This document shows, in pieces, positions 8,309 to 18,899 of a stretch of DNA of 64,000 nt. Position 1 is the stretch's first letter, and the number at the start of each line of letters is the position of its first letter. The stretch is from Minisyncoccota bacterium (lineage in GTDB: Bacteria; Patescibacteriota; Minisyncoccia; Phycocordibacterales; UBA9973). The stretch spans positions 7,596-71,595 of the forward strand of contig DATKGV010000012.1 in assembly GCA_035510575.1 (NCBI GenBank), written 5' to 3'. Made by a program: the position numbers and the translations under genes. A model generated the notes under the pieces. That model was given only the letters and a program-made list of their open reading frames with translations. It was not told where the DNA came from and did not search any database.

Positions 8309-9790
8309 CTACGCGCGAAGTATTTGTATTGCGGCATTCAAGCGGGAAATCGTTTCATTCTTGCCTAATATTGAAGCTATAATAAACGGATCTGGAGATT
8401 TATCGAGGCCTGACAGAGCATAGCGAATCGGCCAAAGAATATCGCCGCGGCCAATTTCTTCGGCATAAGGCCATAATTTTTCTTTGATATTTTCTTTTGT
8501 AAAATCTTTAATTGGTATGTCCTGTATTATAGATATCGCATTTGCGAGATAATCTGAAAGTATTTGATATTTGTTTTCCTCGGGTATTTTTGATGACTTA
8601 AAGAATAATGAATCCCTGTCAAATGCGGGCTTGCCGAAAAAGTAAGTCAATTCGCCATTTACAGCCATATCCGCTATATCTTTTCCTTTTGAAATTCTTT
8701 CCATGATTATTGGAACAATATTATGTATTACTTCGTTCGTATAGCCCTTAAGTTTCCTTAAACTATTTGGAATAAATTTTTCCGCATATTCTTCTTGCTC
8801 TTCATAAGATAACAATTTTAAATGTTCTTTGTTTATCCAATCCAATTTTTCTTCGTTGAATTTTCCTCCGCTGTGATGAATTTTATCTATGTCAAAAAGC
8901 TTTATAAACTCATCCATATTTATTATTTCAGTTTCATTTCCGGGATTCCATCCTATAAAAGCCAGGAAATTCACCATGGCCTCCGGCAGATATCCTTCTT
9001 TTTCATATTCCAAGACATCTTTAGCCCCGTCGCGCTTGCCTAATTTCTTTTTGCCATCCGGCCCCATTATAGGGGGCAAAGTTGCAAAATGCGGCCTTTC
9101 TATTTCTAAGGCGTCATAAAGCGAAAGAAACTTCGGCGTTGAAGCGATAAACTCATCGGCGCGCATAATATGGGTTACGCCCATTTCAAAATCATCAATA
9201 ATGTGCGCGAAATTATATGTGGGATAACCGTCGCTTTTTATTAATATGAAATCATCAAGCGCTTCAGGTCCCGCTTTCAAATCTCCGCGGACCAGATCAT
9301 TCCACTCATACGGTTTAATATCTGCAACTTTAAAGCGAAGGGGCTGCGTTCCATTCCATATCGGCGGATTTTTCGGCCGGTGATTCCTGTATAAAAATGG
9401 TTTTTTAGATTCTTTCGCTTGCCTGCGAAAAGTTTCCACTTCTTCTTCGGTATAAGGATCGGCATAAGCCATGCCTTTATCTATCAGTATTTTCGCGTAT
9501 TTTAAGTATGATGAGAGCCGTTGCGACTGAATGTATGGAGCATGAGATCCTCCTATGTCAGGTCCCTCGTCCCAATCAATTCCCAGCCATTTCAAAGATT
9601 CAATTATATGGCTTATCGAACCGCCAACTTCCCTTTCTTTGTCGGTATCTTCTATTCTAAGTATAAATTTGCCATTATGCGCTTTGGCATAAGCAAAAGC
9701 GTATAGAGCAGTTCTAACGCCGCCAATGTGCATAAAACCTGTAGGTGAAGGAGCAAAGCGCGTGACAACAGTTTTAGAATTTGTAGACAT
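8309..9790 (-). CDS. gltX: Glutamate--tRNA ligase
   Basis: RFAPSPTG.MHIG, LRIEDTD, KKLGKR (KMSKS variant). Confidence 0.96.
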   Translation of the reverse strand: MSTNSKTVVTRFAPSPTGFMHIGGVRTALYAFAYAKAHNGKFILRIEDTDKEREVGGSISHIIESLKWLGIDWDEGPDIGGSHAPYIQSQRLSSYLKYAKILIDKGMAYADPYTEEEVETFRRQAKESKKPFLYRNHRPKNPPIWNGTQPLRFKVADIKPYEWNDLVRGDLKAGPEALDDFILIKSDGYPTYNFAHIIDDFEMGVTHIMRADEFIASTPKFLSLYDALEIERPHFATLPPIMGPDGKKKLGKRDGAKDVLEYEKEGYLPEAMVNFLAFIGWNPGNETEIINMDEFIKLFDIDKIHHSGGKFNEEKLDWINKEHLKLLSYEEQEEYAEKFIPNSLRKLKGYTNEVIHNIVPIIMERISKGKDIADMAVNGELTYFFGKPAFDRDSLFFKSSKIPEENKYQILSDYLANAISIIQDIPIKDFTKENIKEKLWPYAEEIGRGDILWPIRYALSGLDKSPDPFIIASILGKNETISRLNAAIQILRA

Positions 9791-9792
9791 AA

Positions 9793-10923
9793 TTATGATT
9801 CATGGCTAACTGCTATAGCAAGAGCCTGTTCAGCAATCTTTTTTGCTGCGTCGGGTGATGCGAAAGCAAGAGCTTTATTTTTCATTTGAGTAAGTTTTTC
9901 TTTATCAGCCATTAACCTGTCAATTTCTGCGACAAGAACATGCGGTGTCAGATTGCTTTCTTCTATCACAAGGCAAGCGCCAGTTCTGGCATAACTGAAC
10001 GCATTTTTCTTTTGATGATCGCCGTTTGAATTTGTAATTGGAATAATTATAGATGGTATTCCCCAAGATGCTATTTCAAAAATAAAAGATCCTGCTCTTG
10101 AAATTACCAAAGTGGCAGCGCCTGCAGCCATGCGTATGGCAAGATTATTCAAGTAAGGAATAGGCACGTATCTTATAAGATTTTTTGAATCGCTTTCCAT
10201 TACAAGTTTAGACCGCGCGAGCACGTCATCAATATTTTTGACTCCTGTTTGATGAATTATTTGATAGCGGGAAAGAAGCTCTGGTAAGACCTCAATGATA
10301 TTATTATTTATAACTTCCGCTCCTTGCGAGCCGCCAAGAACAAAAATAACAGGCAATTTGGGATCAAGCTTGAAAAATTCAAATGCGCCCTCTGGACTTC
10401 CATGCAGTATTTCTTTGCGAATCGGTTGGCCGGTTAAAGCCGTTTTATCCTTTGGAAGATGTTCTCCGGCTTCTGGCCACGATACGGCTACGCGCTTGGC
10501 GAATTTAGCAGTCCACGCATTTAGCCGTCCTGGAATTGAATCTGATTCATGAACAATGACAGGTATGCGAAGCAATCTGGCCGCAAAAACCGCCGGGAAA
10601 GCAGAATAGCCCCCTTTTGATATGACAACATCGGGGTAAATAAAAAACATAGTGATTAAGCCGAAGAACATGCCAATAGCCAAAGGGAAAATATCAAAAA
10701 AGTTCCTGATAGAAAAATAAGTGCGCATTTTGCCTGACGGTATCTGGACAAAAGTGATCTTATTCTCAAAAAGCATGCGCTTATCGTATGGAGTATCGGA
10801 CATATAATAAAGCCGCAAATCGATTATCTTCTGCTTTTCTGCAACTTCAAGTAATTCTTCGGCTATGGCAATGAGCGGCAGAAAATGTCCGCCAGTCCCG
10901 CCTCCTGTAAGTAATATCTTCAT
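9793..10923 (-). CDS. murG: Lipid II GlcNAc transferase
   Basis: GGGTGGH, VLGGSQGA, ISRAG, HQKKNA. Confidence 0.95.
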   Translation of the reverse strand: MKILLTGGGTGGHFLPLIAIAEELLEVAEKQKIIDLRLYYMSDTPYDKRMLFENKITFVQIPSGKMRTYFSIRNFFDIFPLAIGMFFGLITMFFIYPDVVISKGGYSAFPAVFAARLLRIPVIVHESDSIPGRLNAWTAKFAKRVAVSWPEAGEHLPKDKTALTGQPIRKEILHGSPEGAFEFFKLDPKLPVIFVLGGSQGAEVINNNIIEVLPELLSRYQIIHQTGVKNIDDVLARSKLVMESDSKNLIRYVPIPYLNNLAIRMAAGAATLVISRAGSFIFEIASWGIPSIIIPITNSNGDHQKKNAFSYARTGACLVIEESNLTPHVLVAEIDRLMADKEKLTQMKNKALAFASPDAAKKIAEQALAIAVSHES

Positions 10924-11037
10924 AAGCGCTATTATAATCCATTTATTGTCACTTTTCCAGTATATTAAAATAAAAAACCTGTCAATTACTTGGCAGTAAT
11001 CAACAAGTTTTTTTATTAATTAAAATTTTCGCTTCCC

Positions 11038-11238
11038 TTATTTAAATTTTATGTTTCTTCTTAAAGCGTATATAATAACGAACATGGTTAATACCGTGTT
11101 TAATATTAATCCCCAAAAGAGCAAAGGAGGTGATACACTATTAGCTCCTTGAATGATAGATGTGCCAATGAGATATGTGAAAATAATCCAACAGAGTATT
11201 CCTGTTGCAACTGCCAAAAACCGAACAAATTTTTTCAT
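11038..11238 (-). CDS. Small two-TM orphan protein
   Basis: 66 aa with two hydrophobic segments; downstream hairpin near 10973-11013. Confidence 0.6.
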   Translation of the reverse strand: MKKFVRFLAVATGILCWIIFTYLIGTSIIQGANSVSPPLLFWGLILNTVLTMFVIIYALRRNIKFK

Positions 11239-11299
11239 AACTTTACTTTTTTAGTTAACAAATATTTCCTACTATACTACCATAGAAAATATAATCTTG

Positions 11300-12403
11300 T
11301 CAAGCTGGCTTTTTTTGAGAGTTAGAAATATTTAGCACTATTCCCATTGTGCCGAGCGCAAGCAGAAGCGCCGTGCCACCGTGGCTTATAAATATGAGAG
11401 GAACGCCGGTTAATGGGAAAACACCGATAATGGATGCTATATTCATGAACGATTGCGCAGTTATCATTGTGATAATGCCTATGACTAAAAGCTTGCTGAA
11501 TGAATCCGGCGCGTAATGCGCAATGCGATATCCGCGCAATGCAAAAGCGATAAATAGGCAAATAATAATCGTGCATCCTACAAATCCAAGTTCCTCGCCG
11601 ATAACGGCGAATATCGAGTCGCCTTGCGGTTCAGGCAAATAATTGAATTTCTGAATGCTTTGGCCCAGCCCTCTGCCGAATATTCCGCCGGAACCGACGG
11701 CAATAAGCGATTGCTGAAGTTGATATGAAGAACCGCTTCCATTTTCATTCGGGTTTAAAAATGTATTGATGCGCTCCATGAGATAGGGCTTGAATGCGGC
11801 AAGAATAATGAAAGCTATAATGCTCGCGCCGAATAATCCCAAAATATATTTCCACGGCAAGCCGGAAACAAACAGCATTACTAAAGCCGTAGCAGTTATA
11901 AGTATCAAACTTTTAGTATCGGGCTGCTTAAGCAAGATGAAAGCGATAATGGAAAGACAGATAATAAGCGGCAGTATGCTGAAGCGCACGTCTTTAATTC
12001 TTCCTTTTACCCAAGACAGCCAAGCCGCAAAATACATTATAAAACCTATCTTTAAGAATTCCACCGGCTGGAATGAAATCCCAAAAATATCAATCCATCG
12101 CCTAGCTCCTCCATGAATGGATCCCAAATGAGGCACAAATACCAAAGTTGTCAGCGCTATTGATATTAAAAATATAATAAGCGAGTATTCTCTCCAAAAT
12201 TTATACGGTATATGAAGGCCGAAATATAAGGCAACAAGCCCTCCGCAGAGGCCGAATACAAATTGATTAAATATAACTCCATAAAATTCGGATTCGTTTT
12301 TAGCGAGAATTCCAAGCGAGGCGGATGTGAACATAATCACGCCGATGATTATAAGCGCTATGACAATGCCGAAAAAAAAATTATCGATTTTTTTTATTTT
12401 CAT
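11300..12403 (-). CDS. ftsW: SEDS family peptidoglycan polymerase
   Basis: GARRWI, FQPVEFLK, QPD, LPEPQGDSIF, TGVPL; start overlaps the mraY stop (TAATG). Confidence 0.92.
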   Translation of the reverse strand: MKIKKIDNFFFGIVIALIIIGVIMFTSASLGILAKNESEFYGVIFNQFVFGLCGGLVALYFGLHIPYKFWREYSLIIFLISIALTTLVFVPHLGSIHGGARRWIDIFGISFQPVEFLKIGFIMYFAAWLSWVKGRIKDVRFSILPLIICLSIIAFILLKQPDTKSLILITATALVMLFVSGLPWKYILGLFGASIIAFIILAAFKPYLMERINTFLNPNENGSGSSYQLQQSLIAVGSGGIFGRGLGQSIQKFNYLPEPQGDSIFAVIGEELGFVGCTIIICLFIAFALRGYRIAHYAPDSFSKLLVIGIITMITAQSFMNIASIIGVFPLTGVPLIFISHGGTALLLALGTMGIVLNISNSQKKPA

Positions 12404-13452
12404 TAATCTATCATTGAAATTATAACTCCCAAAATTGCGGTTATAGTGCCCACAATCCAATAGCGCATCGTGACTTTATATTTGGGCCAGCCGAGCGCTT
12501 CAAAATGATGATGAAGAGGCGCGAAGAGAAAAATTTTCCTGCCATTGCGCAACCTTCTTGAAGCCATTTGCATTATATCCGACAGTGATGTGATGAAGAG
12601 CGGAAACGCGATTATCGGCAGCAGCAAAACGGTGTTTGTGAGAAAGGCTATGACAGAGAGCGTAACTGTAAGCCCGATCATGCCGGTTTCTCCCATATAA
12701 AAGCGCGCCGGCGGAATATTGAACCACAAGAATGATAAAATTGAACCTGCCACAACCGCGCAGAACACGGCCAAGTCGATCTGATTATGAAAGAAAGCTA
12801 TAAGCGCGTAGCTTCCGAATATTGCCGCCAATACCCCGCCTGACAGGCCGTCGATGCCGTCAATCACCGAGGATGAAAACACCCCGAGCATTATTATTAT
12901 GAAGAACGGAATAAAAATATATCCTAATTGAATAAATCCATACCAAGGTATATAGAGCTGTGAAATTCCAAGCTTGGCAAAAAACCACCAGCCGATAGTT
13001 ATGCCAAGCAATATAATAATGCTCACTTTAAGATATCGCAGTTTTATGGGATCAGTTGTCCATTGGCCGCGGCCGAAAATTTGCAGGAAATCGTCTCCAA
13101 GCCCTATCAATGAAGCCGTTATCAGCGTGAATAGAGGAAGAATAGTTTGATTGCGGCTTATAAAATATAATTTGTTTGTTAGATCATTATTAATGATTAA
13201 ATTAATGAAGCCGAAAATAAAAATGGTAATAATCACGGATACCCATATTATCATTCCGCCTGTGCGGGGAGTCGATACCTCGGCTTTCTCATCATGCAAT
13301 TTTTGAAAGTCGCTTTCAGGGACGTTTTCATTTCTTGAAATTCTGCGCCACATGCGATACTTGTAGAAATAATGAGTGGCAATCGGAGTCAGCAAGATTC
13401 CGACAATGAAACTGATTATGGCCGGCAATAAAATTTTTATGGCGTTAGTCAT
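12403..13452 (-). CDS. mraY: Phospho-MurNAc-pentapeptide transferase
   Basis: TPRTGG, GLGDD, DGIDGL, FYMGETG, APLHHHFE. Confidence 0.94.
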   Translation of the reverse strand: MTNAIKILLPAIISFIVGILLTPIATHYFYKYRMWRRISRNENVPESDFQKLHDEKAEVSTPRTGGMIIWVSVIITIFIFGFINLIINNDLTNKLYFISRNQTILPLFTLITASLIGLGDDFLQIFGRGQWTTDPIKLRYLKVSIIILLGITIGWWFFAKLGISQLYIPWYGFIQLGYIFIPFFIIIMLGVFSSSVIDGIDGLSGGVLAAIFGSYALIAFFHNQIDLAVFCAVVAGSILSFLWFNIPPARFYMGETGMIGLTVTLSVIAFLTNTVLLLPIIAFPLFITSLSDIMQMASRRLRNGRKIFLFAPLHHHFEALGWPKYKVTMRYWIVGTITAILGVIISMID

Positions 13453-13984
13453 TTTTGTCGCTTTGATTAATAACTTTTTCTAATTGAGTTTTGACTTCGG
13501 AATAATTCGGAAGCCCTTCAATTGAAGCTATGCCCATATATGAAAGCATGTCAAAGGTTGGGCGATAAAGGATGCGCCTATTATCACTGCTGTCGATTAT
13601 TTTTTCTATCAATCCTCGAACCAGCAGGTTGCGCAATATGAAGCTTGAATTTACGCCTCTGATATAATCTATTTCGCTTCTGGCAATTCCATTCTTATAA
13701 AGAATTATTGAAAGTGTTTCAAGCGAAGCTTTTGAAAGTTCTTTCGTTATTTCATCTTTGCGGATTGATTCAATAAGAGGGCTCAATTCTTTTGATATGC
13801 CCAAAACCACGCTGTCATCTTTTCTGACAAGCACCAATCCCCTATTTTCATGAGATTTTTGGAGTTTAAGAAGTGCAACTTCCACTTCTTCTTTTGTAAC
13901 TTCAAAAATCTCGGCAATTTTACTGATTGCCATATCTTCGCCCTTATAAAAAAGTAGTCCTTCAATTTTTGATTCTAATTCCAT
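13445..13984 (-). CDS. scpB: SMC-Scp complex subunit B
   Basis: LSKASLETLSII.Y, IDYIRGVNS, LLVRGLI. Confidence 0.93.
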   Translation of the reverse strand: MELESKIEGLLFYKGEDMAISKIAEIFEVTKEEVEVALLKLQKSHENRGLVLVRKDDSVVLGISKELSPLIESIRKDEITKELSKASLETLSIILYKNGIARSEIDYIRGVNSSFILRNLLVRGLIEKIIDSSDNRRILYRPTFDMLSYMGIASIEGLPNYSEVKTQLEKVINQSDKND

Positions 13985-13994
13985 AATATTAATC

Positions 13995-14765
13995 TTAATT
14001 ATTTTCTATAATTTTTTGCTTGCTCATACTTATATCTCCGAATGAAGAATTTTGGATCACATCTATAATGCCCTCGCGCACTAATTCTAACATGGCTAAG
14101 AATGAAACGATAATATGAACACGAGCTTCCTCACCTGTTTTTGCGCCATGGCTTTTGGCGAATTCTCCAAATGAAATATTCATTGCGTTTTGGATCCGAT
14201 CAGTCAAGCTGTTTATTACGTCATCCAGATTGATTATTTTTTTTACTTCAATTTCCGGCAGTTTTTCTGCTTCTTTGGGCGCGCGAGAAATAACTTCAAA
14301 AATTGATTTAGTCATATTTGCGGGCGTAATCAGCAGATCAGGCGAGAATAATGGCTCGTTCCAAATGCGCTCGCATGGAGCGAATATTATATTTGCCCCG
14401 AAATTATTCTTGATATCTATGCTGGCATTCTTGATAATCTGGTATATTTTAAGGCGTTTTTCAAGATCAATTATTTTTTCATTTTCATCTTCTGTCAGCA
14501 GAAGATTGGGAAGCAGCGATTTTGATTTTATAAGTATCAGAGTTGCCGAGATAAGTATGAAATATGATACGTCGGCAATATGTTTGTCTTTTGAAACATT
14601 TGACAATGATTTTATATACGCCATATAATCATTTGTCACTTCAGCAAGCGATATTTCATTTACAAAAAGCTTCCTTTGCTCAATCAGCGACAACAAAAGT
14701 TCAAGCGGACCTTCAAACGTCCCCGCACGAACTTTATATGTTGATGTTGTACTTTCTTCGGACAT
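13995..14765 (-). CDS. scpA: Segregation/condensation protein A
   Basis: FEGPLELLL, IKSKSLLP, FLAMLEL. Confidence 0.93.
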   Translation of the reverse strand: MSEESTTSTYKVRAGTFEGPLELLLSLIEQRKLFVNEISLAEVTNDYMAYIKSLSNVSKDKHIADVSYFILISATLILIKSKSLLPNLLLTEDENEKIIDLEKRLKIYQIIKNASIDIKNNFGANIIFAPCERIWNEPLFSPDLLITPANMTKSIFEVISRAPKEAEKLPEIEVKKIINLDDVINSLTDRIQNAMNISFGEFAKSHGAKTGEEARVHIIVSFLAMLELVREGIIDVIQNSSFGDISMSKQKIIENN

Positions 14766-15761
14766 TTAATGTTCTAAAATAGTTATTTTAATATCATTAT
14801 TTGTGACTGATAATTTAGCTGTTCCGCCAATTGGAAAAGTTATTTTGGGATCTGTATGTCCAAAATCTACATTTCCGATTATAGGAATTAAATCAAGTTC
14901 TTTCTTTGACTTTATAACTTTTAATAATAATTTTTTTGTAAAATTGCTTGCAATATTAAAGCGTCCGATTACAATACCTTTTACTAAATTAAAATTAGGT
15001 TGATGAATAAGCGCCTGAAGATTTCTATCAAATTCAACAATGAATGAATCATTTCCAGTATCATCATCTTCAATAAAAATAATAGTATCAGTTAAATCGG
15101 GAAAATATTCAGTGCCTCTTAATAATCCAAAAGTGCATTCATTTGATCCGATTATGGTTCCAATTGCGGTGCCTTCATTTAAAACCCAATACCCCTCATT
15201 TTTTATTAAATTTCGTTTTTCTTGATCTCTCCACCATGAATCATCACTCCAAAATTGACTTGGAATAATATCAAAACTGTCATTAGTTTCTAAGCATTTT
15301 TTAAAATATTCAAGTGTGTATTCATAATATTTTTTTTGTCCAAATGTTGAATAATGTGGTCCTGAATAATTAACTAAACCAGTTTTAGTAAAAATTGCAT
15401 TATTTAAAGCAGTAATGTCAGAATATCCACAAAAAATCTTGGGATTATTTTTAATAATATCCCAATTTATATATTTTAATAATTGATTACTATTAAATCC
15501 ACCTCTTGGTGTCATAATACATTTAACATTTTTATCTTCAAATGCATCGTGTAAATCGCTAATTCTAGATTCTATGGAAGAAGAGCCGAATTCATCGAAT
15601 TCATTAACATATTTTCCAAATGAAACTTTATATCCCATTTCTTCAAGTCTTTTTTTCCCTAAATCTGCTATTTCTTTAGAAATGGTTGAATTAGATTGAG
15701 ACGGTGCAATAATTCTTATCTCATCACCCTTATTAAGTTTTTCTGGGAAAATTTTCTGCAT
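14766..15761 (-). CDS. S66 LD-carboxypeptidase / MccF-like peptidase
   Basis: IIAPS, RGGF, GYSDITAL, DFGHTDP. Confidence 0.92.
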   Translation of the reverse strand: MQKIFPEKLNKGDEIRIIAPSQSNSTISKEIADLGKKRLEEMGYKVSFGKYVNEFDEFGSSSIESRISDLHDAFEDKNVKCIMTPRGGFNSNQLLKYINWDIIKNNPKIFCGYSDITALNNAIFTKTGLVNYSGPHYSTFGQKKYYEYTLEYFKKCLETNDSFDIIPSQFWSDDSWWRDQEKRNLIKNEGYWVLNEGTAIGTIIGSNECTFGLLRGTEYFPDLTDTIIFIEDDDTGNDSFIVEFDRNLQALIHQPNFNLVKGIVIGRFNIASNFTKKLLLKVIKSKKELDLIPIIGNVDFGHTDPKITFPIGGTAKLSVTNNDIKITILEH

Positions 15762-15762
15762 A

Positions 15763-17181
15763 TTATTTTTTATTTATATTTAAACCTAATTCTTTAAGTT
15801 GTTTATCAGAAGTTATAGATGGAGATTTCATCATTAAATCTTTTCCTTCCCCATTTTTAGGAAATGCTATGACTTCTCTAATATTTGGTTCGTTTTCAAG
15901 TATCATCATTAAACGATCAAAACCCCAAGCTATACCTCCATGTGGCGGAGTTCCAGAACGAAATGCATCAAGCATATAGAAAAGATTTTTTTCTACTTCT
16001 TCTTTTTTAACTCCCATAATGTCATAAACTGCAAGAAGTGCTTCTGGTTCGTGGTTTCTGATAGAACCACCACCTATTTCATAACCATTAAGTACAATAT
16101 CATATTGATTTGTAAGAATATTAGATATATTTCTTTTATTTAATAAATCATCATGAAATTGTGGTTGTGCAGCTGAAAAAGGATTGTGAGTAAATGTCCA
16201 TTCTCCTTCTGCTTGTGGATTATTTTCATCATTAGCTTTTTCAAAAAATGGAAAATCAATTACCCAACAAAATGCTAAAAGATTTTTATTTTCCTTATCT
16301 TTTCTTATGTCTGGTCTATCAGTACCATATTTTTCAATTGCATCTTTATAAGGAATTTTTGGGAATGGAATTTCTTGTATTTCTTTTTCAGGATATAATT
16401 TTTGAACGATTTCTATTAATAAATTTTCATTAAGAGATATTACTTCTTCACGATCAACGAAACTCATTTCCATATCAAGTTGAGTAAATTCAGGTTGACG
16501 ATCACCTCTTAAATCTTCATCTCGCATACATTTTGCCATTTGAAAGTATTTTTCCATTCCTGATGCCATTAGAAGTTGTTTGTATTGTTGGGGAGCTTGT
16601 GGTAATGCATAAAATTTTCCTTGGTCAAGTCTTGAAGGCACAATAAAGTCTCTAGCACCTTCTGCTGTTGATTTTGAAAGTATAGGAGTTTCTATTTCTA
16701 TAAAATTCTCTTTATCTAAATAATCACGAATAAATTTTACAACTTTGTGCCGATTGCGAATATTTTTTTGCATTCTAGTTCTGCGTAAATCAAGATATCT
16801 GTGTTCCAGTCTATGCTCTTCGCCTATTTCATAACCATCAGTAGACAAATCAATTGCTGGAGTTTCTGCTTTATTCAAAACATCAATATCAATAACTTCA
16901 AGTTCAATGTCTCCATTTATTGCTCCATCTTTTATATTTTTTTCCGGGCGCTTATTTATGACGCCGATTATTTTAAGAACCCATTCATTGCGGATTTCCT
17001 TCACTTTTTCTATTGCTTCCGCATGATTAGGCAGGACTACGCATTGGATTTTGCCTGTCACATCTCTCATATCAATAAAAATCATTTTTCCTTGATCGCG
17101 GCGGACATCCACCCATCCGGCAATGGTAACTTGTCTGCCTATAAAATTTTTTAAGTCCGCTATATGTGTGCGATTTGTCAT
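15763..17181 (-). CDS. aspS: Aspartate--tRNA ligase, short form lacking the GAD insert (likely non-discriminating)
   Basis: RRDQG, EGARDF, RDEDLRGDRQPEFTQLD, PPHGGIAWGFDR. Confidence 0.95.
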   Translation of the reverse strand: MTNRTHIADLKNFIGRQVTIAGWVDVRRDQGKMIFIDMRDVTGKIQCVVLPNHAEAIEKVKEIRNEWVLKIIGVINKRPEKNIKDGAINGDIELEVIDIDVLNKAETPAIDLSTDGYEIGEEHRLEHRYLDLRRTRMQKNIRNRHKVVKFIRDYLDKENFIEIETPILSKSTAEGARDFIVPSRLDQGKFYALPQAPQQYKQLLMASGMEKYFQMAKCMRDEDLRGDRQPEFTQLDMEMSFVDREEVISLNENLLIEIVQKLYPEKEIQEIPFPKIPYKDAIEKYGTDRPDIRKDKENKNLLAFCWVIDFPFFEKANDENNPQAEGEWTFTHNPFSAAQPQFHDDLLNKRNISNILTNQYDIVLNGYEIGGGSIRNHEPEALLAVYDIMGVKKEEVEKNLFYMLDAFRSGTPPHGGIAWGFDRLMMILENEPNIREVIAFPKNGEGKDLMMKSPSITSDKQLKELGLNINKK

Positions 17182-17207
17182 AACGCTGATGTTTTTAAAT
17201 TATAATA

Positions 17208-17423
17208 TTAATGCGCAGCAAATTTGGAAATCCATTCATAAGGATAAGAAATAATGAAAACTATGGCGACTAGAATCCAGTAGAATGGAGCAAAAGCGAA
17301 ATATATAACTCTGTCCTTGTGCCACATCGGCAAATACCATTTTTGCATTTTCATATAAAGCAGGTTCAGCGGATAATAAATTATTCCCAATACTATCAAT
17401 AATAATGTGGCTATAAATCTCAT
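17208..17423 (-). CDS. Small membrane protein
   Basis: 71 aa, hydrophobic and aromatic; ATGA overlap with the trpS stop. Confidence 0.65.
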   Translation of the reverse strand: MRFIATLLLIVLGIIYYPLNLLYMKMQKWYLPMWHKDRVIYFAFAPFYWILVAIVFIISYPYEWISKFAAH

Positions 17424-18391
17424 AAATTAACTCCTATATTATCGCGGATAATGCGCATTTTTTCCGTAATGCGGGGTTTTATTTTATTCGCTCCTTCTTT
17501 CAAGATTGAAATAACTTTCTCCGGATTATTCATGTATGATTCCCTTTTCTTTCTCATTGGACTTATAAAAGCTATTATTTCATTTAAAAGCATTTCTTTT
17601 GATTCTTTATATCCAAGCCCGCCATGCTCATATCTTGCGCGAAGATCCTGCAAGGACTCCCCTTGCAAAAATAGCTTATGCAAGGCGAAAATATTGCACT
17701 TTTCCGGATCCTTAGGTTCTTCAGGCGTTTTGGAGTCCGTGACTATTTTCATAACGGCTTTTTTTATTTCATCATCGCTTCCAAAAAGCGGAATTGTGTT
17801 GCCGTAGCTTTTCGACATTTTTCTGCCGTCAATGCCTGGAACTATTGCCACTTCTTTCATTATTAATGCTTCCGGTATTTTAAATGTCTCCCCAAATGTA
17901 TTATTGAATTTTTGAGCAGTATCGCGCGCGTACTCAATATGCTGTTTTTGGTCGGCTCCCACCGGCACAATATCCGCGTCTTCTATTAAAATATCAGCAG
18001 CCATAAGCATCGGATAATCGAAAAGGCCGGCTGTCACCTCTTTTGCCTTCATATGGGCATCTTTATATGTTGTCGCCCGTTCAAGATACGACACCGTTGT
18101 TATGCAATTAAAATACCAAGCAAGTTCCGCAACTTCCGGAATATCCGACTGTTTGAATAGATTTACTTTTTCCGGATCAAGGCCGCAAGCCAGATAATCC
18201 ATAGCGACTTCCAGTATGTTTTTTGACAGATTATCTTTGTTTTGGGTTGTTGTTACGGCATGCAAATCCGCGATGAAAATCGAGGAATCATATTTGTCTT
18301 GAAGATCCACAAATTGCTTTACAGCTCCGAAATAATTGCCTATATGCATCACGCCCGAGGGCTGCACGCCCGATAATAATCGTTTTTTCAT
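17420..18391 (-). CDS. trpS: Tryptophan--tRNA ligase
   Basis: SGVQPSG.MHIGNY, YPMLMAADIL, KMSKS; start at MKKRLL. Confidence 0.96.
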   Translation of the reverse strand: MKKRLLSGVQPSGVMHIGNYFGAVKQFVDLQDKYDSSIFIADLHAVTTTQNKDNLSKNILEVAMDYLACGLDPEKVNLFKQSDIPEVAELAWYFNCITTVSYLERATTYKDAHMKAKEVTAGLFDYPMLMAADILIEDADIVPVGADQKQHIEYARDTAQKFNNTFGETFKIPEALIMKEVAIVPGIDGRKMSKSYGNTIPLFGSDDEIKKAVMKIVTDSKTPEEPKDPEKCNIFALHKLFLQGESLQDLRARYEHGGLGYKESKEMLLNEIIAFISPMRKKRESYMNNPEKVISILKEGANKIKPRITEKMRIIRDNIGVNL

Positions 18392-18456
18392 ATAAGCTGT
18401 ATAATACCAAAATAATGCGACTTTTGCACATATTTTATTAATCATATAAATAGAAA

Positions 18457-18485
18457 ACCCAACAGTGGATTTCCTACTGTTGGGT
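18457..18485 (-). terminator. Hairpin terminator of orphan gene
   Basis: acccaacagt...actgttgggt, followed by TTT on the minus strand. Confidence 0.6.
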
Positions 18486-18488
18486 AAT

Positions 18489-18800
18489 TTAAACATGACT
18501 CATTTTTTCAACAAGAACAACGGCACTTAAATTCTCACATGTTCCATTTAACCAGCCTGCAACAAGATAACACATAGAAATGTCATCTGTTGATACAAGA
18601 TAATTAAATATAACCTCAAACTTATCATTAGAATTTTCAGCGATTACCGTTTTAATATCGTTGTAGATTTTTTGACAAAGACCCAAAAGAGAGTTTACAC
18701 TCATGTTTAGATCGTAATCGTAAGCGAAATCATGTTTAATAATTCCACCTTCTACCATAGATACACCTGATTTTTTGATAAAGAATTTAATTTTTTTCAT
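18489..18800 (-). CDS. Orphan hypothetical protein
   Basis: 103-aa AT-rich ORF with its own promoter and terminator. Confidence 0.6.
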   Translation of the reverse strand: MKKIKFFIKKSGVSMVEGGIIKHDFAYDYDLNMSVNSLLGLCQKIYNDIKTVIAENSNDKFEVIFNYLVSTDDISMCYLVAGWLNGTCENLSAVVLVEKMSHV

Positions 18801-18899
18801 TTCTTTGAGTATTAAATTGTTAGTAAATTATTTATTAAGTTCTCTCAATATCCATAAAGAAACTGGGAGAACCTAATAAAATCTAACAATCAAACTCAA

